64,000 nt of DNA from an uncultured Planctomycetaceae bacterium (lineage in GTDB: Bacteria; Planctomycetota; Planctomycetia; Pirellulales; PALSA-1355), in the NCBI GenBank assembly GCA_963785305.1, contig CAWAUV010000004.1, positions 96,001 to 160,000 of the forward strand, given 5' to 3'. The notes under the pieces were generated by a model. That model saw only the letters and a list, made by a program, of their open reading frames with translations, ran no database searches and was not told where the DNA came from. The stretch's first letter is position 1. Every line of letters begins with the position of its first letter. Of the stretch, positions 43,427 through 54,800 are shown piece after piece. The position numbers were made by a program, and so were the translations under genes.

Positions 43427-43920
43427 CGTGTCGTTTTTCTCCTAAAGGGGAAGGCTTTTATTGTAAGACATCTTCCGCCGCGCGGCGAGAGTCGTTCGGC
43501 GCCCCGCAGCCCCGCCTTCGCCAACCGCGCTGGGCGACCGGGAGTGGAACGGATTTGCTATCGGCGAATTTGCCGGTTAGTATTCAACTTAGGGCACGCG
43601 AAACGGGGCCCGAGACGGTTCAAAGTTCATTGCTTGGCTGGGACTTAGGTCGCTTTCCGCGTGAATTCGCGCGAGCGACGCGGAATCGCGGGGGGGCTGC
43701 AATAATCCTCGGCCAGTTTCGCGATTGCATACTTGGCCGAACATCGGTCAAGATTCCTTGCGAGGGCGCCGGAGCGAGCGCAAAACGAAAAACGCCAAAA
43801 AGCGCTCGATTGCATCGCCGGCGCGTGGATTTCTTGTTGGTTGGCGGAACGAACGCGTGCGTCGCCCTCGCTGCCAAGCGTCGGGCGACCGGGCGCGGGC
43901 GATCGCCAAGGAGCGGTTCC

Positions 43921-44427
43921 TTGCCGTTGTCGCAGGCCGAATTCAACCAGATGGTGACCGATCACGGCGCGGCGCTGTTCCGGGTCGCGTATCGATTGTT
44001 GGGCGATCGGCACGAAGCCGAAGATATCGTGCAGGAGACCTACCGCTCGGCTTGGAAGAGTCGGCAAGGCTACAAGGCTGGGCTCGGCGAGCGAGCTTGG
44101 TTGTCCTCGATCTTGCGGCGGCGAGCGGTCGATCGTTGGCGTAAACACACGCCCCCCCCGGCGATCGGCGGCGACCAGGTTCAAGAAGCGCGGGTCGATG
44201 CGGTGGATCCGCTGGCCAACGACTTCACCGATGAAATGCAACATGCCCTCAACCGTCTGCCCACGGAGCTGCGCGAGTCGCTGCTGCTGGTGGTGGTCGG
44301 TGAGTTGACCCACCAAGAAGTGGCCGACCTGCTGAATGTGCCGCTGGGCACGGTGCTTTCCCGAGTGAGTCGGGCTCGGGAGCGGCTGCGAGAATATTGG
44401 CTCAACGCGGCGCGATCGCCGGGTTGA
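43921..44427 (+). CDS. ECF RNA polymerase sigma factor
   Basis: LFRVAYRLLGDRHEAEDIVQET, WLSSILRR (region 2); ALNRLP...LTHQEVADLLNVPLGTVLSRVSRAR (region 4). Confidence 0.93.
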   Translation: MPLSQAEFNQMVTDHGAALFRVAYRLLGDRHEAEDIVQETYRSAWKSRQGYKAGLGERAWLSSILRRRAVDRWRKHTPPPAIGGDQVQEARVDAVDPLANDFTDEMQHALNRLPTELRESLLLVVVGELTHQEVADLLNVPLGTVLSRVSRARERLREYWLNAARSPG

Positions 44428-44502
44428 GTTTTCGCGAAATTTTGCAATTGTGCGATTCGGTATGTGCGAGACCGCTCGACTTGAAGTCGATCGAGAAATG
44501 CC

Positions 44503-46956
44503 ATGAGCGAGAACCCTAATCCTTCCGATCCCTGGCTCGACGCGCGGCTCCGCAATGTGCCGCTGCCGGTGGGGCTGCTGCGCCGCTTGGAACAGTTGGC
44601 CGATCCCGAAGTGCTGCGCATGGACCGATCCTTGGTCGATGTGCCGCTGCCCGAGGGCATGCTCGATCGGCTGCGCGATATTTCGCGTTTGGAGCGGCAG
44701 GATTCGCCTTGGCGCCGTGTTTGGGCGCGGCCCCGCGCGGCGTGGGCCGTGGCGGCCTCGTTGCTCTTGGCCCTGGGCGCTGGTTATTGGACGCTACGAA
44801 ACTTCGGCGCGCCGTCGGCCACGCTTGCCGATCCCGACCGTGTCGCCACGGGTCCGGCTTCGGACCCGAAGCCGTTTGCCGGCGACGATTCCAATTCGCG
44901 TTCTTGGGATTCGCCGGAACTGGTCGACGCCGAAATGGCCGAAGGCGAAATGGCCATCGCCTCGGATCTTGAAAACATGGCGATGGAAAATGGCGGGACC
45001 GGAGAGAATCCTCCGCTCGATGTCGATCTCCCCGCCGAGGACGAGCCCCGGTTCGGCGCCGAAGCGTTGGCCGATGACCTGCGAGATTCGCCGCTGAAAA
45101 TGCGACTCGTGCCCGAGCCCAATTTGGATTCAAGGCAAAATCCGCCGCTCGCCAGCGCGCCCAAGAACACGACCAAGGCCGACTCCGGCCATCGCGGCGC
45201 CGACGATCCGCTGGGTTCGGGCGACGGGTTCAGCGAACTGCCCGACCTAGATGAAGTGGCGATTCCCGCCTCACGAGGAATGACTCCGCCGATCGTGGCC
45301 GAGTACGATCTTTTGTTCCAATTGAAATACGGCCAACATCCGATTATTTCGCCGGGAGCGAATCCAGTTCTGCGGACCGTGCAAACGCCGCTCGTTACAT
45401 CGTCGGCGCCTTGGCGACGGATTGCCTCGCTCGTGGCCGAGGGACGGTTGCCATCGCCGGGCGATGTGCGCACCGAAGACTTCTTGGCCGCGCTCGATTA
45501 TCACTTTCCGCCCGCGCCGGAAGCCGGTTTGGCGATCGAAACCGCGGCCGGGCCGGCGCCGCTGGCGGCCGAGGGCTTGTCGCTGTTGCAGGTGGCCGTG
45601 CATGCGGGCGAAGTCAAGAAGGCGCCTCGCCAAGCGACCCACCTCACCTTGGTCGTCGATGGATCGCTCGCCATGCGGCGCTCCGATCGTTGGAATGTGC
45701 TGGGCGAAGTGCTCGATCGGCTCGTCGAGCAAATGCAGCCGCGGGACCGACTCACCGTGATCGCGTTTTCCGAGGAATCCCAGACCGTGATCGACGCCGA
45801 AAGCCCGGAAGAACTGCTTCGCGAAGGCTCGGGTCGGCTGACTCGGGCAATTGAAGCCGTCGAAGGCCGACCCGCGGCGAATCTGGCCGCCGGCGTGCAA
45901 TGGGCCAGTCGCTGGATCTCGCGCGCCGCCGAAGCCGCTCAGGCTCGCCCGGCCAATGTTTCAGCGCCGGCCAATGCCGCGGATCCGGCCAATGCCGTGG
46001 ATTTAGCCAACGCAGCCGCGCCGGCGCGGCGCATGGTGATCATCAGCGGCGGACGAGTCGATTCCGGCGAGCATTTTGCCGAGCAAGTGCAGTCGCGACT
46101 CACGGAACTTGTCGACGCCGGGCTGGTCGTGCAAGTGGTCGACATGGCGCCCGACAATCGCCCGACCGGCTCGCTCGACGCTTGGGCCCGCGCCGGCCGA
46201 TCGCGGCTTGGTCGCGCGGCCGATCCGCGGGTGCTCGCTTGGCGGTTGCTTGAGGGGTTGCTTGGTCACGAACCGGTGGTTGCCCAGCAGGTGACGCTGC
46301 GGGTGACCTTCGAGCCGGAGGTCGTGGCCAGCTATCGCCTGCTGGGACATGAGCGCGAGTATCACTGGGCCCGCGACCGTCGAGACTGAAATCGATCTGC
46401 GTTCGGGTGAAACCGCCACGGCGCTCTTCGAGCTCACGCTCAAGCCGGGCCCAAAGAACAAAGTGGCCGTGGTGGCGTGCGATTGGCGGCGTCCGGACTA
46501 TGGCAAGCACGAGTCACTGCAAAAGCAGGCGCTGCGCGATCAGTTCGCGCCGACGTTTGCCGCGGCGCCGCAATCGTTGCAAATGGCCGCGGTGGCGGCC
46601 TTGGCGGCGGAGTCGCTCCGGGGCTCGTATTCGTGCCGGCGAATCGATCCCTCGCCCGAGTCGAAGAACTGAGTCGGCAAGTGCTCAAAGTCGCCGCCGA
46701 CAATACGAGTTTCGTGGCGCTCGCGCGATTCGTTCGCCAAGCCGAGCGAGTTCGCACCCATCGCGTGAAGCCGGGGAACACGAAGAGCGCGGCGGTCGCG
46801 AAGCCCGCGGTTAGTGCTTCCGAAGCCGGTAAGACCGAGGCCGGCAGGCCGGCGCCGGCGCCGGCCAAGTCAGCGCCCGCCGGCCCCCGCGAGTGGGACT
46901 TCGCGCGACGGTTTCCGGCCCGCCCGCTGCTTGCCGCCGTGGAGTGGAGCGGCTAG
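44503..46956 (+). CDS. Putative anti-sigma factor fused to YfbK-like vWF_A/VWA/DUF3520 domains; frameshifted
   Basis: Duplicated N-terminal motif LD..L..VPLP.G.L.RL; TM WAVAASLLLALGAGYW; GRLPSPGDVRTEDFL; LTLVVDGSLAM; VASYRLLGHE; continues in ORFs 46349..46672 and 46477..46956. Confidence 0.75.
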
Positions 46957-46982
46957 TCTGGAAGTATGCGGCCTGAGTGTTA

Positions 46983-47034
46983 AGAGCCAATCCGACAACT
47001 CCCCCTCTCCGCGCATGGGAGAGGGTAGCGTGAG
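46983..47034 (+). repeat. REP-like palindromic element, copy 2
   Basis: AGAGCCAATCCGACAACTCCCCCTCTCCGCGCATGGGAGAGGGTAGCGTGAG, matching 32384-32435. Confidence 0.8.
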
Positions 47035-47153
47035 GCCCTGGAATTTCCGCCCGGCCCGAGCGATCCACTTCGTCCCTCGGGTATCGGCGCCAATGCGTGC
47101 TCGGGCCGCCGCGAAGCAATTCGATCCCGACTTACTTGCAAGGCAGAGGAACC

Positions 47154-48212
47154 ATGACAATGCGAGCAATGGCCGCGGCCGCGATCTGCGCGGCGCTCAC
47201 GATAGCGCCTGGCTTGGCTCGAGGCGTGGATAGCTTGAAGCCGAAAGATGGTGGCCCCAGCATCAGCGGGGTCAGCGAGATCTCGAAATATGAAGTCACC
47301 ATGCAGCAAGGCGCGATCACCAAGAAGATTCCGGTCAATGAGATCGACTACATGGTCTTCGAGCTCGAGCCGATCGAACTGAAGACGGCCCGCGTCGAGG
47401 CGGGCAAGGGTGAATTCGCCGAGGCGGCCAAGACTCTCGGCAAGATCAAGGCGGCCGATATCCGCCGGCCCGAAATCAAGGCCGAATTTCAATTCTACAA
47501 GGCCCAAGCCGCCGCGAAGCTCGCCATTGCCCAAGGCTCGCCGAAGGTGATCGCCGAAGCCGGTCGGCAACTCATGGCGTTCGAGAAAGAGTTTCCCGAG
47601 AGCTTCCATTATCTCGAAGCCTGCGAGTCGCTGGGCGACCTGCTGGTGTCGCTCGGCAAATACGACTTGGCGGCCGTGTACTATGAAAAACTGGCCGCGG
47701 CGCCCTGGCCCGACTACAAGATGCGCGCCATGTTGCTGCTCGCGCAGTCGCTCGAAGCGCAAAAGAAATACAAGGAAGCGATTACCGAATACGACGCGAT
47801 CATCGCCTTCAACGCCGATGGTCCCGAGGCCGATCACGAGAAAAGTTTGGCGCGGTTGGGTCGGGCATCGTCGCTGGCGGGCATGGGAAAAACGGCCGAG
47901 GCGATCAAATTGCTTCAGCAGTTGATCGAGAAGGGCAGCGACAGCGATGGCGATGAATACTTCGGCCGCGCCTACAATGCGCTCGGAACCTGTTACAAGG
48001 CCGATGGTAAAACCAAGGCCGCGCTCCAGGCCTTCTTGCACACCGACTTGCTCTACAATCACGCCTCCGCCGAGCATGCCCAGGCGCTGGCCAACTTGGC
48101 GGTCCTGTGGCCGGCCGTGAATCAAGGTCGCCGCGGCATGGAAGCGACCAAGACGCTCAAGGATCGCTATCCGCTGAGCGAATGGGCCCGCCCGGGCGCC
48201 GTCAAACCGTAG
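47154..48212 (+). CDS. Secreted TPR protein
   Basis: Signal peptide MTMRAMAAAAICAAL; TPR helices; planctomycete-type C-terminus AYNALGTCY...ALQAFLHTDLLY...HAQAL...LKDRYPLSEW. Confidence 0.82.
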   Translation: MTMRAMAAAAICAALTIAPGLARGVDSLKPKDGGPSISGVSEISKYEVTMQQGAITKKIPVNEIDYMVFELEPIELKTARVEAGKGEFAEAAKTLGKIKAADIRRPEIKAEFQFYKAQAAAKLAIAQGSPKVIAEAGRQLMAFEKEFPESFHYLEACESLGDLLVSLGKYDLAAVYYEKLAAAPWPDYKMRAMLLLAQSLEAQKKYKEAITEYDAIIAFNADGPEADHEKSLARLGRASSLAGMGKTAEAIKLLQQLIEKGSDSDGDEYFGRAYNALGTCYKADGKTKAALQAFLHTDLLYNHASAEHAQALANLAVLWPAVNQGRRGMEATKTLKDRYPLSEWARPGAVKP

Positions 48213-48288
48213 CGGCGCCAGGCGCGTTTGCGAGCTCGCGGCCCCCGGGGCCGGCAGCTGCGGTTCGCGCGAGCTCAACCGCGTGAAT

Positions 48289-49224
48289 TCAACCGCGCGG
48301 GTGGCAGCGCTTGTGGACGGCTTTGAGCCGCGTGGGGTCGACGTGGGTATAGATTTGCGTGGTGGCGATGCTCGCATGGCCGAGCATTTCTTGCACCTGC
48401 CGCACATCGGCCCCGCCCGCGAGCAGATGCGTCGCGAAGCTGTGCCGTAAGCTGTGCGGGCTGCGGTCGGGATCGATGCCGACGCTCGCCGCGTATTTTT
48501 TGAACAGCTCCCAGATGCGCTCGCGCCGCAGCCGCGCCCCGCGGCGACTGACGAACAGCCATTCCGGCGTCGGCTCGACTTTCGCGACGAGTTTCGGTCG
48601 CTCGTGCTCCAAGTAGTCGGCGATTGCCCGCGCGGCCTGGGCGCCCAGCGGCACGATGCGCTCCTTGCCGCCTTTGCCGCGGCAGCGGCAGATTCGCTCA
48701 TCGAGTCGGGCATCGGCCAGCCGCATGTCCGACACCTCGCTCGCGCGGCAACCGGTGGCGTAGAGCACTTCCAAAAGCGCCCGATCGCGGCGCCAAAAAT
48801 CCTCTCCAGCCGCCGGACTCTCGACGAGGCGATTCACCGCCGTGGCGGCAATCGCGCGTGGCACCCGCTCCCAAAGTTTTTGGCTGCCCAAGAGCTCCGA
48901 GGGATTGTCGCCCAAGACGCCTTCGAGTTGCAAATAACGGCAAAACACCTTGAGCGAGGCGATATGCCGGGCAATGCTGGCCGGGGCCAAGTTTCGCGTG
49001 TGCAGCCAGCCGGCGTAGTCGGCGAGCTCTTGAATCGTGATCGTGCGCAAGGCGCGAGCGCCGAGCCAATCGAAAAACTTCGTCAGATCTCGGCGATAGG
49101 CGGCGATCGAGTTTTCCGAAAGTTGCCGCTCGCCGCGAATATGATTGATGAAATGGTCGAGCCAGCGGCCGGCTTCTTGCGGCGCCGTGACTTTGACCGG
49201 TTTCAACACCCGACGTGGCGGCAT
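48289..49224 (-). CDS. xerD: XerD-like site-specific tyrosine recombinase
   Basis: SENSIAAYRRDL; RDRALLEVLYATGCRASE; GKGGKERIVP; HSLRHSFATHLL; LGHASIATTQIYTH, with an intact R-K-H-R-H-Y catalytic set. Confidence 0.85.
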   Translation of the reverse strand: MPPRRVLKPVKVTAPQEAGRWLDHFINHIRGERQLSENSIAAYRRDLTKFFDWLGARALRTITIQELADYAGWLHTRNLAPASIARHIASLKVFCRYLQLEGVLGDNPSELLGSQKLWERVPRAIAATAVNRLVESPAAGEDFWRRDRALLEVLYATGCRASEVSDMRLADARLDERICRCRGKGGKERIVPLGAQAARAIADYLEHERPKLVAKVEPTPEWLFVSRRGARLRRERIWELFKKYAASVGIDPDRSPHSLRHSFATHLLAGGADVRQVQEMLGHASIATTQIYTHVDPTRLKAVHKRCHPRG

Positions 49225-49409
49225 GGGCGGCGCCTCACTTCCTGGCGTTAAGCGTTCTGGAGCGAACCGCCGCGGTTTCGGCCTCTCCCGCGCGGGTCGC
49301 CGGTTCGCGCGGCGCGGCCAATCGATTATGCTGTCGGTCGCAACGCGGCCGATCCGAGCGACAGGGCCGACAACATACTTACTTCCCCCAGTGGCGCGAA
49401 AGCGTTCCC

Positions 49410-50417
49410 ATGAAAATTCTCGTCACCGGCGGGGCCGGTTATATCGGATCGCACGCCGTGCGGTTGCTCGAGCGGGCGGGCCATGAGCCCTGGGTTTACG
49501 ACAATCTCGGCGTGGGCCATCGACAGGCCGTTCCGGCCGGCCGGCTTATCGAGGGCGACCTCCACGACGGCGCTCGGCTCACCGCCACTCTGGCCGCCGG
49601 CGGCTTCGAGGCGGTGATGCACTTCGCGGCCTTTGCCCTGGTGGGCGAATCAGTGAGCGATCCGGCAAAGTATTATCGCAACAATGTGGTCGCGAGCTTG
49701 ACCCTGCTCGACGCAATGCGCGCCGCCGGCGTTTGGCGGATCGTCTTTTCCAGCACCACCGCCACCTATGGTGTGCCCGATCGCACACCGATCGCCGAAA
49801 CCCAGCGTCAGAATCCGATCAATCCCTACGGTTTCGCCAAACTCGTGATCGAGCGGGCCCTGGACGACTATGCGGCTGCCTATGGCATTGGCTATGCCGC
49901 CCTGCGCTATTTCAATGCGGCCGGCGCTTCGCCCGAGGGCGATATCGGCGAAGACCATCAGCCCGAATCGCATTTGATTCCGATCGTATTGCAAGTAGCC
50001 CTCGGGCAGCGAGATAAAATCACGATCCACGGCGACGACTATCCCACGCCCGACGGTACTTGCATTCGCGACTATATTCATGTCGACGATCTCGGAGCGG
50101 CCCATGTGCGGGCGATCGACTTGCTCGAGCCCGGCGAGGGACTGAAGCTCAATCTGGGCGTGGGCCGCGGCCATAGTGTGCGCGAGGTGATCGAAGCCTG
50201 CCGGAGAGTGACGGGCCACCCGATTCCCGCGGAAGTGGGACCGCGCCGGGAGGGCGATCCGCCGGAACTGGTCGCCGACGCGTCGCTGGCAAATCGCACG
50301 CTCGCTTGGCGACCGCGATACACGGAGATCGAACCGATCGTGGCCACGGCCTGGCGCTGGCACCGGTCACACCCCGCGGGCTATGGTGATCGCCCGTCGG
50401 GTGCGCGAGCGCAATGA
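49410..50417 (+). CDS. galE: UDP-glucose 4-epimerase
   Basis: TGGAGYIGSH, HFAA..VGES, YGFAK, LRYFNAAGA and DGTCIRDYIHV. Confidence 0.96.
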   Translation: MKILVTGGAGYIGSHAVRLLERAGHEPWVYDNLGVGHRQAVPAGRLIEGDLHDGARLTATLAAGGFEAVMHFAAFALVGESVSDPAKYYRNNVVASLTLLDAMRAAGVWRIVFSSTTATYGVPDRTPIAETQRQNPINPYGFAKLVIERALDDYAAAYGIGYAALRYFNAAGASPEGDIGEDHQPESHLIPIVLQVALGQRDKITIHGDDYPTPDGTCIRDYIHVDDLGAAHVRAIDLLEPGEGLKLNLGVGRGHSVREVIEACRRVTGHPIPAEVGPRREGDPPELVADASLANRTLAWRPRYTEIEPIVATAWRWHRSHPAGYGDRPSGARAQ

Positions 50418-50454
50418 GACTCTTTGCGCGGCGGTGAAGTGAGTTCGAGAGCCG

Positions 50455-50486
50455 GCAAACTTTTTGGGATATCTTAAAAAGTTTGC
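50455..50486. repeat. 32-bp AT-rich near-perfect palindrome
   Basis: GCAAACTTTTT-GGGATATCTT-AAAAAGTTTGC, with 11-bp perfect arms around a GATATC core. Confidence 0.8.
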
Positions 50487-50789
50487 TTCACGGGGATTGT
50501 CGCCGTAGAATTCCAATTGGCGGGTGCAAATGCGAGTGCCACGCGAAATGTCGCGAATGCGTGGCCCCGGAAAATTTTGTTTACCCTGGCGAACGGAGAA
50601 AGAAATCACGGAGGAGCCGCGCGAACGGGCGCTGATCTTGCTCACGGGATCGCCGGTCGCGCGTGTTAAGATAACAGCCTGAAATGACCACCGCGTGAAC
50701 CGGAATTTTTCTGGCGCGGCGTTTGCAGCGTTCTCATATAGCCCATCGGGCGCACCTTCGCGTCCTCGCGGGTTAAAGGAGCGTTCGAC

Positions 50790-51844
50790 ATGAGTCTTTC
50801 TCTTGGCTTTTTCGCTGTCGTAACCAAGCATCGGCGTCATCTCGACGCGTTCCGATTCCATCCCAGCGTGACCTCGCTCGAGGAGCGACGCATGCTCTCC
50901 GCCTCGGCGGTCGGCAATCAGCTCGGTTCGACCGTGAGCCCCAGCCAAACGACCGGCGCTCCGGCCAATAATGGCGCTACCGGTAGCTCAACCTCGAACG
51001 TCGGAAATTCGAGCGGGGCGGGCGCCGCCGAATCGTCCACGGCGGTCTCGAGCGTGCCAGCGGCATCGGGCAACTACGCCTCCACGACGCTTGCGGCCCA
51101 GTTGCAAGCGGCGCAAAGCACGCAAATCGTGGGCGACGTGCCGAGCGCGACCGGCTTTTCGGCGCCGGTGCCGGCCGTGGTCGCCGTGTTTACCGCCCAG
51201 CACGCGCCGACGGATTCCATCGTGCCGGTGGCGCCGTTGCGAGTGTTGACCTTTGTCAATCCGCCGCCGAAGCCGATTCCGCTCACTGGCGGCGATGTGC
51301 AGCAAAACGCGCCGGCGCCCACCAAGCCGCTTGGTCCCGCGCTGCCGCCGACATCTTCGGATCTTTCCAATGAAGCGCGCGATCAGGTGCTGCAAGAATT
51401 TGCCCGGCCAAAGGAACAGCAATCGGAACCGGTCGACACCAAGACAATCGATCGACTGCTTCGCGACATCACCGAGCCGGATGCGCCGGCAATCAACCCC
51501 GCGCGGGATTTGAACGACGATCAATCTCGGGTCGCGCCGCCATCGACGGACAGTGCGGTTGACGCCGGCTCGGTTGGCGCCGGCGCGGTCGAGGCCCCGG
51601 ATGTGTTTCAGGCAATGGAAGCGACGCCGGTGACGCGTTATGACGAAGCGGCGTCGACGGTCGCGATTGCGGTCGACGGACCGGCGCGCGCGCGGGTGTC
51701 GACACCCCGCGCTGGTCGAGTTTGGCCGCGGTGGCGGTGGCGATGGCCACGCTTAGTGGCTTGGAGACGGAGCGGAAGCCGATGGGGCAACTCGGAGGCG
51801 TGGCGAAGTCCGTGCAACCGCTCGAGCGCAGCGCGAGAGCGTGA
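50790..51844 (+). CDS. Short LEPR-XLL (planctomycete extracellular signal) domain protein; frameshift near 51700
   Basis: AAGGAG RBS; SLEERRMLSA motif; Ser/Ala/Pro-rich body; the shifted frame ends RWSSLAAVAVAMATLSGL...ERSARA*. Confidence 0.65.
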
Positions 51845-51857
51845 GTCGGAGCTTGCC

Positions 51858-54800
51858 TTGAACAAGGTCTCGCTACTTCTGGCGCTTTTTTGCCCGCGAC
51901 GCTGGCTGTATTTGGCCCGGCCCGCTGGTCCGGCGCTCAAGCCACGACGGATGCGGCCGACGCCAACCCAATTAACGCCGCCGACGCCGATATCGCGATC
52001 CGGCGCGGCGCGTCGATTTTGCGAATTTGGCCAATACCGCGAGGCCGAGCAAGCGCTCGGAAATTTGTGCGCGAAATCCGCGCCAACAAGCTCGGGCCTC
52101 ATGCGGTCGGCGCCTTGCAGTTGATGGCGCGAATCGACTTCGAGTCGGGCCGTTACCACGAAGCGGTCGTGTTCGCGCGGCGTTACGAGCAATTTCTTGC
52201 CCGGCTCGGCAATACGAATGCCGAGACGATCGCCCAGCGGCAAGCGATTCTGGTGCTCGAAGCCGAGTCGCGGCTCGCGCTCGGCAACCAGTCCGAAGCC
52301 GAAAAGCTGTTCGACGAAGCAATCGCGCTCCCCGGCGGGCTGCGCGAGGCCGATCCGCTATGGCAAGCCCGCGTCGCCCTGGTGCGCGCCAAGCGGCCGA
52401 TTCACGTCGGGACAGCGCCACGGCGCTACGATTTTGGAAGCAGGTCGAATCGCTCTGCCGACAAACGCTTTCGCGGCCGGCGAGCGGATCGTTGCGCGCC
52501 GCATCGCGGGCAAGCAGCGCAACTGGCGAAGATCGCGCTCCTGAAAATGGACGAAGCCCCCGCCGCGCTCGCGCTTTTGGAAGACGAGCGCGCGCGGCTC
52601 TCCGCGCGCGATCCGGACCATGTCGCGCTTTTAAGCGACATTGCCGACTGCCAGCGGCGAATGCACGATGAGCCCAAGGCGCGGCAGGCGCTCGTGACCG
52701 CGTTGGGCTTCGTCGGGCAAGACGAGCGAGGCGCCCAGAGCGCGGAGTTTGCCGATCTGCTCGACCAACTGGGCGCCAGTCATGCGCGAAGCCACGACTC
52801 GGCGCGCGCCGAAGCCTACTGGCGCAAAAGCGCCTCGATCCTCGAAAAACTTTGCGCCGCGCCGGCGAGCGATCCCCGCTCGCACGCCCTGCGAGCCGAA
52901 TACCACCAGCGACTCGAACGCATCTATCAGCGGCTCGAGGATTGGACGGCCGGCGCTCGGGTTGCCGCGAGGCTGCTCGTGTATCGCGAAAAAACGCTCG
53001 TGCCCGATGATCCCGCGATCTGGCGGAGCAAGACCGCGCTGGGCGAATTTTACGCCCATGCCCACGACGACGCGCATGCTCGCCCGCTCCTCGCCGATGC
53101 GCTGCGCTACTGGCAAGCGCGGCGCCCGGAGTCGAGCCTCGAAGTGGCGGGCGTGCTCAATAGTTTGGCCGCGATCGCGCTGCGGGCCGGCGATTCGGGC
53201 GAGGCAATGGTGCGCTTCGAGCAAGCGGCGCCGCTATGCCGCGGCGTGTTTGGCCCGGCGAGCATCGAGAACATCGAAGTTCAAAGCCAACTGGCCGCCA
53301 TGCTCGCGGCCCAGGGACAAACCCAACTGGCGAGCGACCACTATCGGCAAGCGCTCGACGCTTGTCGCGCCGCCGCGATCGAAGGCGAGCCGCGAGCCGA
53401 GAAGCTGCTGGTCGGGCTGCAACTGAGTCTCATGAGCCTCTATCGCGGCGAGCGCCAATATGCGCAAGCCGCCGAACTTTGCGAGCAATCGCTCGACGCC
53501 TACCGTCGCGATCATCCGGGCCACGACCAAGTCTTGCTCCTCTTTTATCTCGCCGCCGGCTCGTTGCGATTGGCCGAGCACGAATCGCGCGGCGAGGCGG
53601 CGATCGACGATTCGCATTTGACCATGGCTGAAAAACTCGCCGCCGACGCCATCGAGCTCTGCAAACGTGCCGGCCAAGCCGAAAAACCCACGGGCGCCAC
53701 GGTCGACATGCTCGCGGGCGTCGTCGCCTTCGAGCGTGGCGACCTTTCCACGGCCGAAGCCCGGTTTCGGCGGCGCGGCCTCGATCGCGGTGCGCATTCA
53801 CGACGCGCCACTCGCGACGAAGTGCGATGTTTGGCTGGCCGCCGTCCAGTGGCGTCGGGCGGGCACGCTCACGGGTAAAGCAAAGCATGCGGCCCTGGCC
53901 GCCGCGCTGGCGCAGGCCCAGAGCGCGAGCGACGAGCAGGCTCACGGAGAATACGCGAGCCCACGGTTCATGGCGGATCTGATCGCGGCCCAAGCGCGGC
54001 GGGAGTTGGGCGATCACGCGGCGGCGGTCGCGACATTGACCGAAGCGGTAAAGAAAATCGCGTCGCCCCGCGCTGCCGCGATCGGCACGGACAGCGATCG
54101 CGCCGAGTTTTTCTCCCATTTTCGCGAGGCGTTCGACTTGCTCGTCGATTGGCGGGTGGCCGATGGTCAACCCTTGGCGGCGCTTGGCGTGGCCGAGAGC
54201 GGCGGAATCACGCATATCTCGACCACTTATCCCTCGCCTGTGTCGACGGGCGCATTCCGCCCTCGGGCTCGGAGCAGGCGCGGCGAATCGCGGAGCAGCG
54301 AGGCGCCGTGGCCGAGTATCACCGCGCGGTGCGTCGCTTGCGCGAAGTTTCGGACCGGCCCGGCGGCGAGGAGGCGATTCGCGCGGGTGTCGAGGAGATC
54401 GCGGCGCTGCGTCGCAAGTATTCGCGATTGGAAACGACCCTGCGCAACGAAAGCCCCTATTGCCGCAGCCTGTGGGGCGACCCAGCAGCATCGCCCGATT
54501 GGACGCAGGTGACCGCGAAGCTGCTTTCGCCGGATGTGTCTTTGCTGTACTACCATTTCGGTGGGGCGAAAAGCTATCTGTTTCTGGTGTCGCCCAACGA
54601 CAGCGGTGGCGAGCGGGCGCCACGAGTCGACGCGATCGAACTCCGGGCGCCCGAGCGACTGGCGCGTCGCGCGGGCGGCGAGCCCGGGCCGGTGTCGCGG
54701 CGCTTGGCGAAGGGGATTTTCGAAATCGCGTGGCGCGAGCTCGCGCTGCCCCCCGCCGCGGAATCTCGCGCGGCTTCGTCGTCGGCCGCTGGCGCCGATT

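Noticed and set aside
43544..43560. Sigma54 promoter TGGAACGGATTTGCT upstream of the ECF gene
   Set aside because: GG-to-GC spacing is 9 rather than the required 10; it is viable only if a T was lost in sequencing.
45948..46023. PAN(V/A)xx hexapeptide repeats in the vWA protein, and similar EPPRA repeats in manA at about 27390-27440
   Set aside because: Short in-frame slippage expansions in loops, with no evidence of function.
48289..49224. Integrase marking a prophage or genomic island
   Set aside because: It looks like housekeeping XerD; there are no adjacent tRNA, att repeats, phage genes or compositional shift.
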